Assembly: GCF_963921235.1 (NCBI RefSeq)
Contig: NC_086108.1
Location: 94,552,001 to 94,616,000, forward strand
DNA length: 64,000 nucleotides
Source of the DNA: Mobula hypostoma
Lineage: Eukaryota
Direction of reading: 5' to 3'
Numbering within the stretch: position 1 is the first letter of the stretch; each line of letters begins with the position of its first letter. Positions 24,816-38,449 of this stretch are shown here, piece after piece. The notes beneath the pieces were generated by a model, which was not told the DNA's origin, searched no databases, and saw only the letters and a list, made by a program, of their open reading frames with translations. The position numbers were made by a program, and so were the translations under genes.

Positions 24816-26589
24816 CTGAGGAGTCTCTCTCTCTCTGTAGCTTCATTGATTACATTTGTACTGAGATTGATGAATATGCCAGTGGCTGAACTTCATTAGG
24901 ATTTGGTATGTCATCAAAGACTTACGCAAAGTTCTGCAGTTGTATGCTGGAGAGCATTCTGACTGCATGGAATGGAAGCTCCAATGCACAGGATCAAAAG
25001 AGACTGCGGAAGGTTATAGACTCAGCCAGTTCCATCACAGGCCCTACCTTCCCCACAATCGAGGACATCTTCAAAAGCAGGTGCCTCGGGAAGCTGGCAT
25101 ACTTCTTTAAGGACTCTCACCCCCCAGGACATGTCCTCTACTCATTATTACAATCATGGAGGAAGTACAGGAGCCCGAAGACCCACATTCAAGTTCTTTC
25201 TCTACGCCATCAGATTTCTGAACGGTCCATAACCCACGACCATTTCCTTACTGTTTCTATTTTGCACAACTTATTTTTTATGCAACTTTTAGTCATGGTT
25301 TATGTCTTGCACTGTACTGCTGACACAAAACAGCACATTTCATGACTCGCGTTAGTGGTAACAAACATGTTTCTGATTTGATTCTTCTGAATCGTAAATT
25401 AGATTTTTGGATATTAAAGCAATCAGGGTATTAGGAGGATGATGTTATGGTAGAAGATCAACCCTGATCTTATCGAACGGCAGGGGCCAGACTGTGGGCC
25501 AGACTCGAGGACCCAGATGGTCTACACCTATGTATTGTTCGTACATTCTATGTATGTAATTGGAAGTTATTTGTGTTTAAATATTTATAGTCCCTGGCTC
25601 CAAACTAAGATACGTGTTATCTAAAGGTATTAAGTTTTCACTGATAAATAGCAATTTGTATGGGAAGGGATAAACTGTAATGTTTAACGTATGCCGTAAG
25701 GTTCAGGAATAGTTGTTACCCTTTCAACAATCAGGTTACTGAACCAGCGTAGATAACTTCACTCACCTCAGCCCTTAACTAGTTCCACAACCTATGGATT
25801 CATGTTCAAGGACTCAACAACTTCAGCATGTTGTTTAAAAACAGTGCAAGTTGAGACTAGCAACGCTGAATATCATCTGAGGCAACTTTCACATCCAGCT
25901 CAACGCTGCCTTTGACAGAGGAGTCTTCAGTCAGCACCTTTTCAGTCCATGGCGGCTTGCTCAACGGCTCTGTTTAAGGCAGGAGTCCATGGACCGCTCG
26001 ATAGGGGAACCTTAAACTTTAAGGTGTGACTTAGTGGGAAACCGCCTTACATCTAATTTCAGCACTGAAATACTGATGTCCAGGCTGACACCCCAGTGCA
26101 GGCCAAAAGAGTACTGTACAGTTGGATTATATGGAAGAGGCTGTATATCAAAGTCCTATATGCTCCATCAGATAGGCTTCAGGGAAACCATGCCACTATT
26201 ATGAAAAGGAGCAGGTTGGTTTTCTCCAGCACCTCGGCCAACGTTTATTCCTCAAGGGACAGAGCACAGCAGAGGAAAAAGAGTTTGAGGAACCGTCGTC
26301 ACATTAAATGGTGAAACAGACTTGAACGGCCTACTCCAGTTCCTAGTCTCTTTTGATCTTGAACTCATCTGGCAAACACTTTCTGTGCAGGCAGCAGCCT
26401 AGGGCATGCCAGCCTGCTTACAGTTGGAGCCTGCATGTGGCTGCATGCGGGTAGCTTGAATCAGGGCCCAGACCTGGCTCAGGCCCAAAGCTGATTAAAA
26501 ATGATATAATATACTTCAGGATGAGTGATGGCCTTGGATTTCTTCAGCTCTGCTGGTAAATCATTTGTTGTCCAGGGCATATTAGCAGT

Positions 26590-27330
26590 CATAGAGTCCT
26601 AGAGTCATAGAAAAGTACAGCACCGAAAAGGCCCTTCAGCCTATCCAGTCAGTGCTGAACCATTTAAACTGCCTAGTCCCATTGACCTGCACCCAGATTA
26701 TAACCCTCCATAACCCTCCCATCTATGTACCTATCCACACTTCTCTTAAATGTTGAAATCGAGCTTGCATGCTCCACTTGTGCTGGCAGCTCACTCCACA
26801 CTCTCACCACCATCTGAGTGAAGGTGCTGCCCCTCAGGTTCCCCTTAAACTTTTCATCTATCACTCTTAACCCATGACCTCTAGTTGCAGTCTCACCCAA
26901 CCTCAGTGGAAAAAGCCTGCTTGCACTTACCCTATCCATACCCCTCTTAATTTTGTATACTTCTGTCAAATCTCCCCTCTATCTTCGTTCCAAGGAATAA
27001 TTTAATCTTTCCTTATAACTCAGGTCGTCCAGTCCTGAAAACAACCTTGTAAATTTTCTCTGTTCTCTTTCAACCTTATTTACATCTTCCCTGCAGGTAG
27101 ATGACCAAAACTGCACACAATACTCCAAATTAGGCCTCATCAAAGTCTTATACAACTTCAGCATAACACCCCATCTCCTGTATTCAGTACTTTGATCTAT
27201 GAAGGCCAAAAGTTTTCTTTATGACCCCATCTACCTGTGCCACCACTTTCAATGAAAGTGTATTCCCAGATCCCTTTGTTCTACTGCAGTCTCATTGCTC
27301 TTCTGTTCACTGGATAAGACCTACCCCGGT
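26590..27330 (-). mobile_element. Old CR1 3' fragment
   Basis: ORFs 26673-26969 and 26979-27209 resemble the CR1 ORF2 C-terminus. Confidence 0.85.
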
Positions 27331-28210
27331 TTCCAGGTGGGACCTGAAAATCATGAAGCTCCATGTGTTTAAGGTTTGTTATGGAGCAGACTGAGGTAAA
27401 ACCAGCAAAGGATTTTCCTGATGAAGGGTCTTGGCATGAAACATCAAATCTTTATTCCTTTCCATGGATGCTGCCTGGCTGCTGAGTCCTTCCAGCATTT
27501 TGTATGTGTTACTCTGGATTTCTAGAACCTTCAGAATCTCTTGTGTAAAGGACTTTCCTGATGATCCACTCAATTTTATCTCTTCTTAAGATCAAGCCCA
27601 TCAAATTTGGATTGGCAGTGGATATGAATGTAATGGAAATGGATCTCCAGGCCAGTTATCTTATCCCTCGGACCCTTTAAATGATCATATGATGATCCGT
27701 ATGAAGGATCACAGACTGTTTATTCCTCTTGTAAATGCTGCCTGACCTGCTGAGTTTCTCCAGCATTGTCTCTGTATTCATATGTGATGCTCCAGTTAGG
27801 ATCTAGAGTCTGTTCAAGAGGTTTTTCACCTCAGCAAGGGGAGCTCTTCTGTGGCCTTCAGCTCCTAAGCATTTGTTGGAACAATTTCTCATCTGCTCCC
27901 CAAATGTTACCCCATCCATGGGTGCCAATGGACACTGGGATCAGAAGGTGATGTCTGGTCAACCAGATTTCCATTAGCAGGGTTGAACAGACAACAGACT
28001 AAGTGAATGGGTTGCACCATAATCATTCTTAAACGAATGTTTGTGATCATGTTATGAATTTCAAGTCTTGCCTATATCAATCACCAGATATACACACCAC
28101 CCATTGTACTGCAATAACATGGATGTTTTTGAACAGTGATCATTTGAATAATGGAATGAACTACACAAGAAGCAACTCGTCTTTATCAAAGTAAACACAA
28201 TGACACCTAC

Positions 28211-28304
28211 TTCAGTTTGAATTTGATGGCCTGGATCGCCAAACTTTCACAAAATCCTTCCACTGCAAATTTTGAGGCAGCATAGACATCATTGAACAAT
28301 ATCC
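28211..28304 (-). CDS. rdh8-like: RDH8-like, coding exon 4 (catalytic YxxxK)
   Basis: tttatag|(G)ILFNDVYAASKFAVEGFCESLAIQAIKFKL AA|gtagg. 94 nt, phase 1/2. Read manually; not in the ORF track. Confidence 0.93.
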
Positions 28305-28467
28305 CTATAAAGGAAAGTATTAGCCAAGTCATTCCCGTATCAAAGGCAAAGCAAGGAAGTAAAAAGCAAGAAGGCATCATTTCTTCGCAGCATTCTTTAA
28401 ATCAAAGCTGAGCTGTGGAAGAATTTTAATCAATCTATACTCATGAATCATCATGTTGTAAGATATA

Positions 28468-28999
28468 CACTCAAGGTCCAATCCATTTTAACAGGTACAG
28501 GAAGTACCTAATAAAAGTGGTCACTGAGTTATGTCCATGGTCTACTGTTGCTGTAGTCCATCCACTTCAAGGTTTGACATTTTGTGCATTCAGAGATGCT
28601 CTTCTGCACACCACTTTCATAACACGTGGTTATTTCAGTTACTGTCATCTTGAACTCATCTGGCTATTCTCCTCTGACCTCTCTCATGAACAAGACAAAC
28701 TGCCACTCATTTAATGTTTTTTCCTGTGTCTCTCTTCTCACACCATTCTCTGTAAACTCTAGAGACTGTTATGTGTGAAAATCCCACAAAATCAGCAGTT
28801 TCCACCCCATCTGGCACCAGCAATCATGGTCAAAGTCACTTGGATCACTTTTCCCCCCATTCTTATGTTTAGCCTGAACAACAGCTGAACCTCTTGACCA
28901 TGCCTGCATGCTTTTATGTATTGAGCTGCTGCCACATGATTGGCTGACTAGATATTTGCATTAATAAGCAGATGTACCTAATAAAGTGGCCACTGAGTG
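28468..28999. mobile_element. Tc1-like MITE in rdh8-like intron 3
   Basis: TA|CACTCA... left end and gtacctaataaagtggccactgagtg right TIR, with a second TIR copy at about 28505-28530. Confidence 0.65.
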
Positions 29000-29014
29000 T
29001 GGTGTAGATCGTAC

Positions 29015-29194
29015 CTTGAATGCCCATGACACTACTGATCACCACGATGTGGCCCCTCTTCCTCCTTTTCATGTCGGGCAAAATTTCTTTAAGGAGTCTA
29101 ACAAGTCCGAAGAAGTTAGTGTCCATAACTGTCTTCATCTCATCCAAGGTCTGGCACTCAATGGGTCCAATCATCCCCATTCCAGCATTGCTGA
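29015..29194 (-). CDS. rdh8-like: RDH8-like, coding exon 3
   Basis: ccag|(V)SNAGMGMIGPIECQTLDEMKTVMDTNFFGLVRLLKEILPDMKRRKRGHIVVISSVMGIQ G|gtac. Has the NAG motif and catalytic Ser region. 180 nt. Confidence 0.94.
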
Positions 29195-29604
29195 CTGGTA
29201 TAAAAGGTACATAGATTACACAAACACAGAGCAACTCCTCCTTTTCGATTCTCCAGACCTGGTTAATCTCTGATGACATGTAGATTATCTGTATTTTAAT
29301 ATACTGTACTCATTATACCAAAATCTCCCAAAATTTATTATGAGATTTTCTTAGATAATGCCGCTCTCTAATTTTACTGTGCTGAATTGCAAACCTGTTC
29401 ATTATTTTGTTAAAACTATAAGTGGAGAAATTAAAATTAGTCACTGGGAGGAAGGGAGAGGTAATGTTTTACAACTCTCAGCCTTGAATGGTGCCTTGCT
29501 TCCTATTCCTACTTCAAAGCATCCGTCTACAGTAGAACTCTTTTGATGTGCTGCTTCAGGACTTTGGTGGTGCTGGATGAGCAGACTTTCCAGATCATCA
29601 GATC

Positions 29605-30016
29605 AAGGTAGAAGGAGATGAGTTACACAGCTCTCGTTACATGCACATGCGGTCCAACTCTTTGAGTGATTATGCAGAAAGTTTGAAGTTAATAACTCAT
29701 CAGGGGTGATTGATACGTTCATGGCCTAAGGTAGAAGGAGATGAGTTATTAACTTCAAACTTTCTGCATAATCACTCAAAGAGTTGAACTGCGTTTGCAA
29801 GTAAGTTGTACAACTCATCTCCTTCTACCTTAGGCCATGAACTTATCAATCACCCCTGCTGTGACACTTTCTAGAGGTCCAAGATCCGTATGCTCCACGA
29901 TCGCTAGCCTAAGTGTGTAAATGTAGGAGGGGACTATGTTGAAAAATAAATGTGCTAGGTTTTCTAAAATTGCCTCCTTCTACCTTAGGCCACGAACATA
30001 TCAATCACCCCTCGTA
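29605..30016 (+). mobile_element. Mariner-derived element with multiplied TIRs
   Basis: Four copies of the TIR core (aaggtagaaggag). Right end cccctcg|TA. KCVNVGGDYVEK* (about 29911-29949) resembles a mariner transposase C-terminus. Confidence 0.75.
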
Positions 30017-30869
30017 TATGCTATACATACTTTGAGAATAACTTTACTTTGAATTTATGAAAAGTGGTTTAATGTGTTTATAGTGTGGTGCAGAGACTGA
30101 AGTAAATGATAGAGGGATAGTGGGCTAATTAGAATGGTTAATCAGATTGCGATTAACCTGAGAAAAGAAACATTTAAGATGGTGCAAAGTTTTTTTTTGT
30201 TTTAATAGCTCTATAGAACTTTCCAGAAGAGAACTTTAGGAAAAGACAGTTTGCTGGGTGAGTGGTGTCTGTAATGATATTTCCTGCCTGCTTCTTTGTC
30301 TGGGACACATCCAAGTCCTGCAGTAATGACAGACTGCAGCTATTGATGCCCTCGCTGATGGCAGTGTAGAATTGCACCAGTATGTTCTGGGGAAGATGGA
30401 ATTTTACCAACTGCCTCGAGAAGTTCAGTATGTCCTCTGCTGAGCTGTTTACTTAATGAAGGAGATAAGATTCCCCACATGAGGTCCTCGCACTTTTAGT
30501 ACAATTTTTAAAGCATAAACTTTGCAGTAAATCTGATCAGTTTAAAGGAAGAACGGGAAACAGAACAAGATAAATTTCATAGGAGAGCAATAACCATGGC
30601 CACGGTGAGGGAGAGGGAGCATGGATCCAGGATCCTGGTGAACGGAAAGACTTTGGGAGCCAGGGGCCCATTGAGTGGAGGGGACTGTGGGAACCTGAGC
30701 CCTGGCAAGCTAGAAGGAAGAGTACGAACTGGAGGACTGGGGATTCAGAAACAAGCTGGGAACCTGGACTCAAAAGTATTAAAGAAACTTTTGATCCTGC
30801 TCCGTTATTGGATCAGTGATTACATCCCTCGTAACATGTAACAACATTAAGCTTCATTTTAATTTTTCT

Positions 30870-33800
30870 GAGGAAGGAGGAGAAGATGGCGGCGCGACAC
30901 AGCTCGCAGCGGCCACTCCGGTGGTGATGTCTGTTATTTGTCAAGTAGGGTGCCATGCACAATCCTGATTTGATGGAGACGGAAGTGAGAGCATGGAGGA
31001 TCATCTGGTGAAACTCTTGAAATGCCTGCTTCACTGCTGCTGCTGCTACTGTGCGGTCCAGAATCTCCGAAGGGGAAGGCCCGGAGTCCTTGGCTTTGCT
31101 TGTTGCTCGGCAGCCGGGGTGGAGTCAAAGCGCTCGGCAGAGGATGGTGTTCGGAGAGGCTGTGTCGGACGGACTCAGAGTCCGCTGCGGTCGGGTGCTT
31201 CCAATGGTGCTGCATCGGCAAGTTGTGCTTGGGGGTTCATGGCAGGGAGAGTTTCTTCCTTCTGTCACCTGTGTGAGATGATGAGGCTATCGGGACTTTG
31301 AGACTTTTTTTTTACCATGCCCGTGGTCAGCTCTTTATCAGATTATGGTATTGCTTTGCACTGTTGTAACTATAAGTTATAATTATGTGGTTTTGTCAGT
31401 TTTAGAACGTAGAACATAGAATAGTACAGCACGTTACAGGCCCTTCGGCCCACAATGTTGTGCCGACCCTCAAACCCTGCCTCCCATATAACCCCCCATA
31501 TTCCTTCATATACCCATCTAGTAGTCTCTTAAACTTCACGAGTGTACCTGCCTCCACCACTGACTCAGGCAGTGCATTCCACCCACCAACCACTCTTTGA
31601 GTAAAAAACCTTTCTCTAATATCCCCCTCGAACTTCCCACCCCTTACCTTAAAGCCATGTCCTCTTGTATTGAGCAGTGGTGCCCTGGGGAAGAGGCGCT
31701 GACTGTCCGCCCTATCTATTCCTCTTAATATCTTGTATATCTCTATCATGTCTCCTCTCATCCTCCTTCTCTCCAAAGAGTAAAGCCCTAGCTCCCTTAA
31801 TCTCTGATCATAATGCATACTCTCTAAACCAGGCAGCCTCCTGGTAAATCTCCCCTGTACCCTTTCCAATGCTTCCACATCCTTCCCATAGTGAGGCGAC
31901 CAGAACTGGACACAATACTCCAAGTGTGGCCTAACCAGAGTTTTATAGAGCTGCATCATTACATCGTGACTCTTAAACTCTATCCCTCGACTTATGAAAG
32001 CTAACACCCCGTAAGCTTTCTTAACTACCCTATCCACCTGTGAGGCAACTTTCAGGGATCTGTGGACGTGTACCCCAAGATCCCTCTGCTCCTCCACACT
32101 ACGAAGTATCCTGCCATTTACTTTGTACTCTGCCTTGGAGTTTGTCCTTCCAAAGTGTACCACCTCACACTTCTCCGGGTTGAACTCCATCTGCCACTTC
32201 TCAGCCCACTTCTGCATCCTATCAATGTCTCTCTGCAATCTTTGACAATCCTCTACACTATCTACAACACGACCAACCTTTGTGTCGTCTGCAAACTTGC
32301 CAACCCACCCTTCTACCCCCACATCCAGGTTGTTAATAAAACTCATGAAAAGTAGAGGTCCCAGAACAGATCCTTGTGGGACACCACTAGTTGCAATCCT
32401 CCGATCTGAATGTACTCCTTCCACCACGACCCTCTGCCTTCTGCAGGCAAGCCAATTCTGAATCCACCTGGCCAAACTTCCCTCGATCCCATGCCTTCTG
32501 ACTTTCTGAATAAGCCTACCATGTGGAACCTTGTCAAATGCCTTACTAAAATCCATATAGATCACATCCACTGCACTACCCTCATCTATATGCCTGGTCA
32601 CCTCCTCAAAGAACCCTATCAGGCTTGTTAGACATGATCTGCTCTTCACAAAGCCATGCTGACTGTCCCTGATCAGACCATGATTCTCTAAATGCCCATA
32701 GACCCTATCTCTAAGAATCTTTTACAACAGCTTTCCTGCCACAGATGGAAGGCTCACTGGTCTATAATTACCCGGACAATCCCTACTACCATTTTTGAAC
32801 AAGGGGACAATATTCGCCTCCCTCCAATCCTCCAGTACCATTCCTGTGGACAACGAGGACATAAAGATCCTAGCCAGAGGCTCAGCAATCTCTTCCCTTG
32901 CCACATAGAGCAGCCTGGGGAATATTCTGTCACGCCCCGGGGATTTATCCGTCCTAATGTATTTTAACAACTCCAACCCCTCCTCTCCCTTAATATCAAC
33001 ATGCTCCAGAACATCAACCTCACTCATATTGTCCTCACCATCATCAAATTCCCTCTCATTGGTGAATACCGAAGAGAAGTATTCATGGAGGATCTCGCTC
33101 ACTTCCACAGCCTCCAGGCACATCCTCCCACCTTTATCTCTAATCGGTCCTACCTTCACTCCTGTCATCCTTTTGTTCTTCACATAATTAAAGAATGCCT
33201 TGGGGTTTTCCTTTACCCTACTCGCCAAGGCCTTCTCATGCCCCCTTCTTGCTCTTCTCAGCCCCTTCTTAAGCTCCTTTCTTGCTTCCCTATATTCCTC
33301 AATAAACCCATCTGATCCTTGATTCCTAAACCTCATGTATGCTGCCTTCTTCCACCTACCTAGATTTTCCACCTCACTTGTCACCTATGGTTCCTTCACC
33401 CTACCATTCTTTATCTTCCTCACCGGGACAAATTTATCCCTAGCATCCTGCAAGAGATCTCTAAACATCACCATATGTCCATAGTACATTTCCCTGCAAA
33501 AACATCATCCCAATTCACACCCGCAAGTTCTAGCCTTATAGCCTCATAATTTGCCCTTCCCCAGTTAAAAATTTTCCTGTCCTCTCTGATTCTATCCTTT
33601 TCCATGATAATGCTAAAGGCCAGGGAGCGGTGGTCACTGTCCCCCAGATGCTCACCCACTGAGAGATCTGTGACCTGACCCGGTTCATTACCTAGTACTC
33701 GATCTAGTATGGCATTCCCCCTGGTCGGCCTGTCCACATACTGTGACAGGAATCCGTCCTGGACACACTTAACAAACTCTGCCCCATCTAAACCCTTGGA

Positions 33801-33962
33801 ACTAATCAGGTGCCAATCAATATTAGGGAATTTTAGTCTTGGTTTGTCCTGTGTTTTCTTGTGATATCGTTCTGGAGGAACGTTGTATCATTTTTTAATG
33901 CATGCATTTCTAAATGACAATAAACGAGGACTGAGTGTCCTCATAATCTAATCTAATCTAAT
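30870..33962 (+). mobile_element. Non-autonomous retroposon-like element split by CR1
   Basis: GC/CpG-rich head starting AAGATGGCGGCG, AT-rich 3' part, AATAAA and (TAATC)n tail. Confidence 0.6.
31406..33830 (-). mobile_element. 5'-truncated CR1 LINE with nearly intact ORF2 (rdh8-like intron 2)
   Basis: 415-aa RT ORF (DFSKAFD, GVPQGSVLGP, FADD) plus upstream ORFs with endonuclease SDH. TSD TTTTAG at 31400-31405 and 33831-33836. Confidence 0.95.
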
Positions 33963-35019
33963 TCCAGAGTTGCCACATATTTTAAATAATGCCTATCATT
34001 GAAGTAACTTTATTGGTGAAAATACCGTATTTTGTTCCCTCAAGATGTTAGTTTTAACACCAACAGATCTTATCATTGAAACAAATTCTACTGATAGGTG
34101 CTTGTTTTAAAACTAGATCAGTAAAATAAGTCACTCATAAGAGAAATTTCTCTTGAAGTGGATTGTTTCGATTACTGATATCTGATTAGATTTGAGTAGG
34201 AAGAAAGTGTGTGTCACGAAAGCAATGTGTTTAAGAACTTTATGAGAGAGGGAGAGGGAGAGGTGGGGGAAGAGGGAAAGGAAGAGGGAGAAGGACAGGG
34301 AGAGGGAGAGACCATACTTAGAGGTGCAAGGAATGAATTATAGATTTTGAAACTAGTGGTGAGGGATCTGTTTTGTGGGCCCATCATGTACCTAAACCCA
34401 TGAAAATAAATCAGTCTGCTATACTGATCGGTACCAGAGCCAAATGGGTTAAATTGTGGGAACAGATTGTATAATCTGAGTGTAGAGATTAAATAATGAT
34501 GTAATTGAGATGGTGAAGATGATTAAAGGATTTGACTGACTACTCAGGGAGAAAAATACATTCTTCTCTGTGGGGGAATCTGTCAGAAGAAGATTAAATA
34601 ATTAAAGGTAGCCCCCTGCTGTTCAGGACAAATTCAGGAAACATATTTTCACACAAAGGGCAGTGCAGATCTGGATTCAGATTAATTTATTTATCACATC
34701 TACATTGAAACATACAGAGAAATGCACCATTTGCATTAACAACCAACACAATGTAGAGACATGCTGGGGGCAGCCCACATGTTGGAACCCTCTCCCACCT
34801 TAGAGGCTGGGTGACCCCTGAAACTTTTAAAACTGTGCTTTGAGTCATGTGAAGGAATGTGGAACCAAGGCAAGTGAATAGGGTTAAGATGCAGATCGGC
34901 ATCAATTCAGAGGAAAGGCAATAGGACAGGGGATGAATAACCTGCTGTTAACATTCTGGAGAGGTTTCCTATATGTTACATTTATAAGCAAAATTCACTT
35001 TTACATCAGATTGCCTTAC

Positions 35020-35181
35020 CGAGTATATCGATTTTCCTGTTGGGGATACTGTTGACGCAGTCTTGGATAGATTTTTCACTGCAAACATCCAGCTGTTTAA
35101 TCTCCAGCGTTTTTCCCAGTGCACTTCCAGCAATATCCACAAGATCTCTCCGTTTGTCCAAATTTCGCATGGTGGCATAGA
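35020..35181 (-). CDS. rdh8-like: RDH8-like, coding exon 2
   Basis: tttgcag|(V)YATMRNLDKRRDLVDIAGSALGKTLEIKQLDVCSEKSIQDCVNSIPNRKIDIL G|gtaag. 162 nt, phase 1/1. Confidence 0.93.
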
Positions 35182-37935
35182 CTGCAAATGAAACCACAAA
35201 GAAAGAATATGGTCGTATTGATTGTATCCTTCTCCATGGGCAAGTATCTCAAGGAGTTCAGAAGCTACCAGAACATTTCAGCACAATTACACAAGAATAT
35301 ACTGTATACAACAACTGGAGCAGGAGTACAGCGCCAGTCCTCTCAAGCCTCTTTTGCTCATGCTGGTCTCCAGTCTGTTTCTAAGCCAGGGGTTCCCAAC
35401 CATTTTTAGCCATGGACCCCTACCATTAACAGGAATCCATGGACCCCATGTTGGGAACCCCTATTCTAAACCAATTCAAAATTACCTTCAATCTTTCAAA
35501 TATTTATCTCCAATTCAAATATATCTCACAATCTGTCTTTCACCACCCTTAGGGGTAGAGAATTCCAGAGATTCCGTGCCAAGAGAAGAATATTCTATAG
35601 ATCTCAGTTATAAATGACTGGCCCCTTGCTTTGTAGCTTGTTCATGCTCTCAACATTTTCCCTGTCAAATATCTTTAGGATTTTATTTGTCTGATAAAGG
35701 AAATCCTTCTAAGCTTCAGGTTGTACAGACCCAAACAATCAGGCCTCTCTTGATAGGACAAAGCAGTCCATAAAACCATAAGACCACAAGACACAGGAGC
35801 AGAATTAGGCCATTCGGCCCATCGAGTCTGCTCCACCGTTCCATCATGGCTGATCTATTATCCTTTTCAACCCCATTCTCCTGCCTTCTCCCTGTAACCT
35901 TTGACACCCTGACTAATCAAGGACCTATCAATCTCTGCTTCAAATGTACCCAGTGACTTGGCCTCTACAGTTATCTGTGGCAATGAATTCCACAATAAAT
36001 TCTACTGTCACCCAGGTGTTAACCCAGTGAATCTCCTTTGTACTGCTTCCAAAGTTACTAAATTCTAAGAAGACCAGAACTGTGATCTCACCAACATCCT
36101 GTACATCTTTAGTCCTAAATAATTAAACACAATGGCTTCTGGTAAATAAAGGCAGAAAATGCCGGAAATACTCAGCAAGTCAGGCTGCATCTGTTGGATG
36201 GGATCAGATGAGGGGTCGTCAGCTGAAACGTTCTAGTTTAGTTTCTTGTCCCTCTGATCTGGTTCATCGTGCTGAGTATTTCCAGAATGTTTTCATTTGT
36301 TTTTAGTTAGGTTTAAGCTGCCAATACTGATAACAATGCATTTTCTGTAGTGACTCCCCACCTCCTCCCTTTAGCTCAATCAATTAGCAAATTGTATTGA
36401 CAATTTGTTTAAATTCAGATCAATTAATCCAGGTAAACAGGTAACAGTGAGAGATTTTCACCCTAAATGTCAACAGATCCAGATTAGTTCTGATGACGAA
36501 GGTTCAACCCGAGACACTAACTCTCTCTTTCCACACATGAACCTGCTGAGTATTCCCACCACTTTTTGTTTTGTTTCAAATTTCCAGTTTCAAAACCTGA
36601 TTTTCTTAAAATTTTCAGATCCATATTAGTATTATCTATTCTTTCACATTACCATAAACAGCCTCAGATTCAGTTATAGTTACTACTTCTGCACTTTATC
36701 TCAATGTATAAATTTGCAAATGCGACAGAAAAAAAATCAGTGCCAAGGAAGTATCAAGTGCATGTTCCAGAGTTGAGTTTGCTGTTGAAGCAGACTAAGG
36801 GTGATTTTTTTTCATTGCATGCATTCAGCTGATTATTCTCTTGTTCTTCACCCAATTCCTACTCACCTTCATACAAGCAGTGGGTCCTGGACCCAAGAGC
36901 AACAAATGAACCGATGTTTGGCTGTTTTAAGCGCCGAGCCAGGTTGAAAGGGTTGGGACATCGGTGCCAAGGGCAAAGGACGAACCGGTATTCATCTCAC
37001 TGCTCCGTGAGGTTCACTCACCTCAGCGCCGAGCTGAATCTGCAGCTGTGGCCTGACACTCACTCACTCACCTCGCTTGCTCCGTGGCTCTGGCCTGCAG
37101 CCGTTGGGCACCTGGCCCAGCTTCACTCACCTCAGCGCTGAACTGGTTCCGTGCCTGTGCCTTGCAGCCATCAGGCTGCTGGATCAGTTACAGAGCTGAA
37201 CCGGCTTCTTGCCTGTGGACTCACTTTCAGGAATTCTGCGGTTCATATTCTGTGTGTTATTTGTTAACTTTGTTCTTTTTTTTTTGCACATGGGCGGTCG
37301 TTAATGTGTAGGTTCTATTCTGTTTCTTTGAACGTTGAATGAAACCATTCCTTCCAATCTCTGTTTTTCCCTATTCATCTTTGGTTTTCACTTCATTTCT
37401 GCTTTTTGTTTTCTCCCTATTTTTATCTTACTTTTCTCTCCCACAAATGTTCAAGTTCTTCTCTCTCAATCATATTGTACTCATCTAATTATATTCTACT
37501 TCTGTCTTTTCTTCTTTCTTTACCTGCACCATCTATCCTCCCATGTCCTTGATTCTGTTTAAATATGAACATAAGAACATAAGAAATAGGAGCAGGAGTC
37601 GGCCATCCGGTCCATCGATCCAGCTCCGCCATTCAATAAGATCATGGCTCATCTGACCATGGACTCATTTCCACCTACCTGCCTTTTCCCCATAACCTTT
37701 AACTCCCCTACTATGTCCCATAAACTAACTATAGCAGCCCATAATACCACGCCTTTATTATGAAGCAATGATTACATTCTCCTTTACCCTCTACTGAAAA
37801 ATGACACTAATCAATCTTGAAACTCTTTCTATTAACGCCAATGCGTTGTCTCTTCAGAGATTTTCATTATCCCTGCTCTGTTCATATCCCGGTCACAGTC
37901 TCCCCAAGGGACAAGACATTCTGTTTGTAACTCAC

Positions 37936-38032
37936 CCAGAAATCGCTTTTTTTCATCCCTGGCTAGTTCATTTGCGATGGCCAAGCCAATCCCAGAGGAA
38001 CAACCTGTGACCAAGACTGTTCTTTGAGCCAT
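37936..38032 (-). CDS. rdh8-like: RDH8-like short-chain dehydrogenase/reductase, coding exon 1
   Basis: MAQRTVLVTGCSSGIGLAIANELARDEKKRFL contains the TGxxxGIG NAD(P)-binding motif. 97 nt, ends G|gtgag (phase 1). Confidence 0.93.
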
Positions 38033-38449
38033 CCCTGCCAGGTTGCAAGGTGGAGAGAAACGATTTGGCCTTGAGAAAGCAATGCATTCATTTATCAGTG
38101 TTATGGACTCAGCGCTTCCTGAACTCACATCCCTCGGATCAGAGGGATAATCTCTCACAGACAGATGGCCAGCACAGAAAGACTGACGACGTAAGCATGA
38201 TACAAAATATCACCTGCGCTTGTACATTGAGTAAAGCAAACCTTGTCAGTAATTGCATAAGCACACACATGTCTACGTCCCATTGCCTGCGTTTTATTTT
38301 AATATTCAAATAATGTGAAGTGATGGGTGAGTTACTACACCAATGGAAAGAGTTCTAGTGAATTTTTTGCTTTGCAGTTTTCAGTTCCAGGTGTGATGGG
38401 ACTGAGTTAAAAGGAACTTCCTTGTAACATTATTCATTTATTGCAGAGT

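Noticed and set aside
37832..38158. 108-aa ORF implying an N-terminally extended RDH8
   Set aside because: The upstream start is non-ATG and the extension is not SDR-like. The ATG at 38032 directly precedes the Rossmann motif, and the ORF tail runs into intron 1.
38085..38195. Promoter motifs (GATAAA box, TAATCT OTX/CRX-like site, TGACG half-CRE) upstream of rdh8-like
   Set aside because: Short motifs expected by chance, and no TSS or conservation evidence is available.
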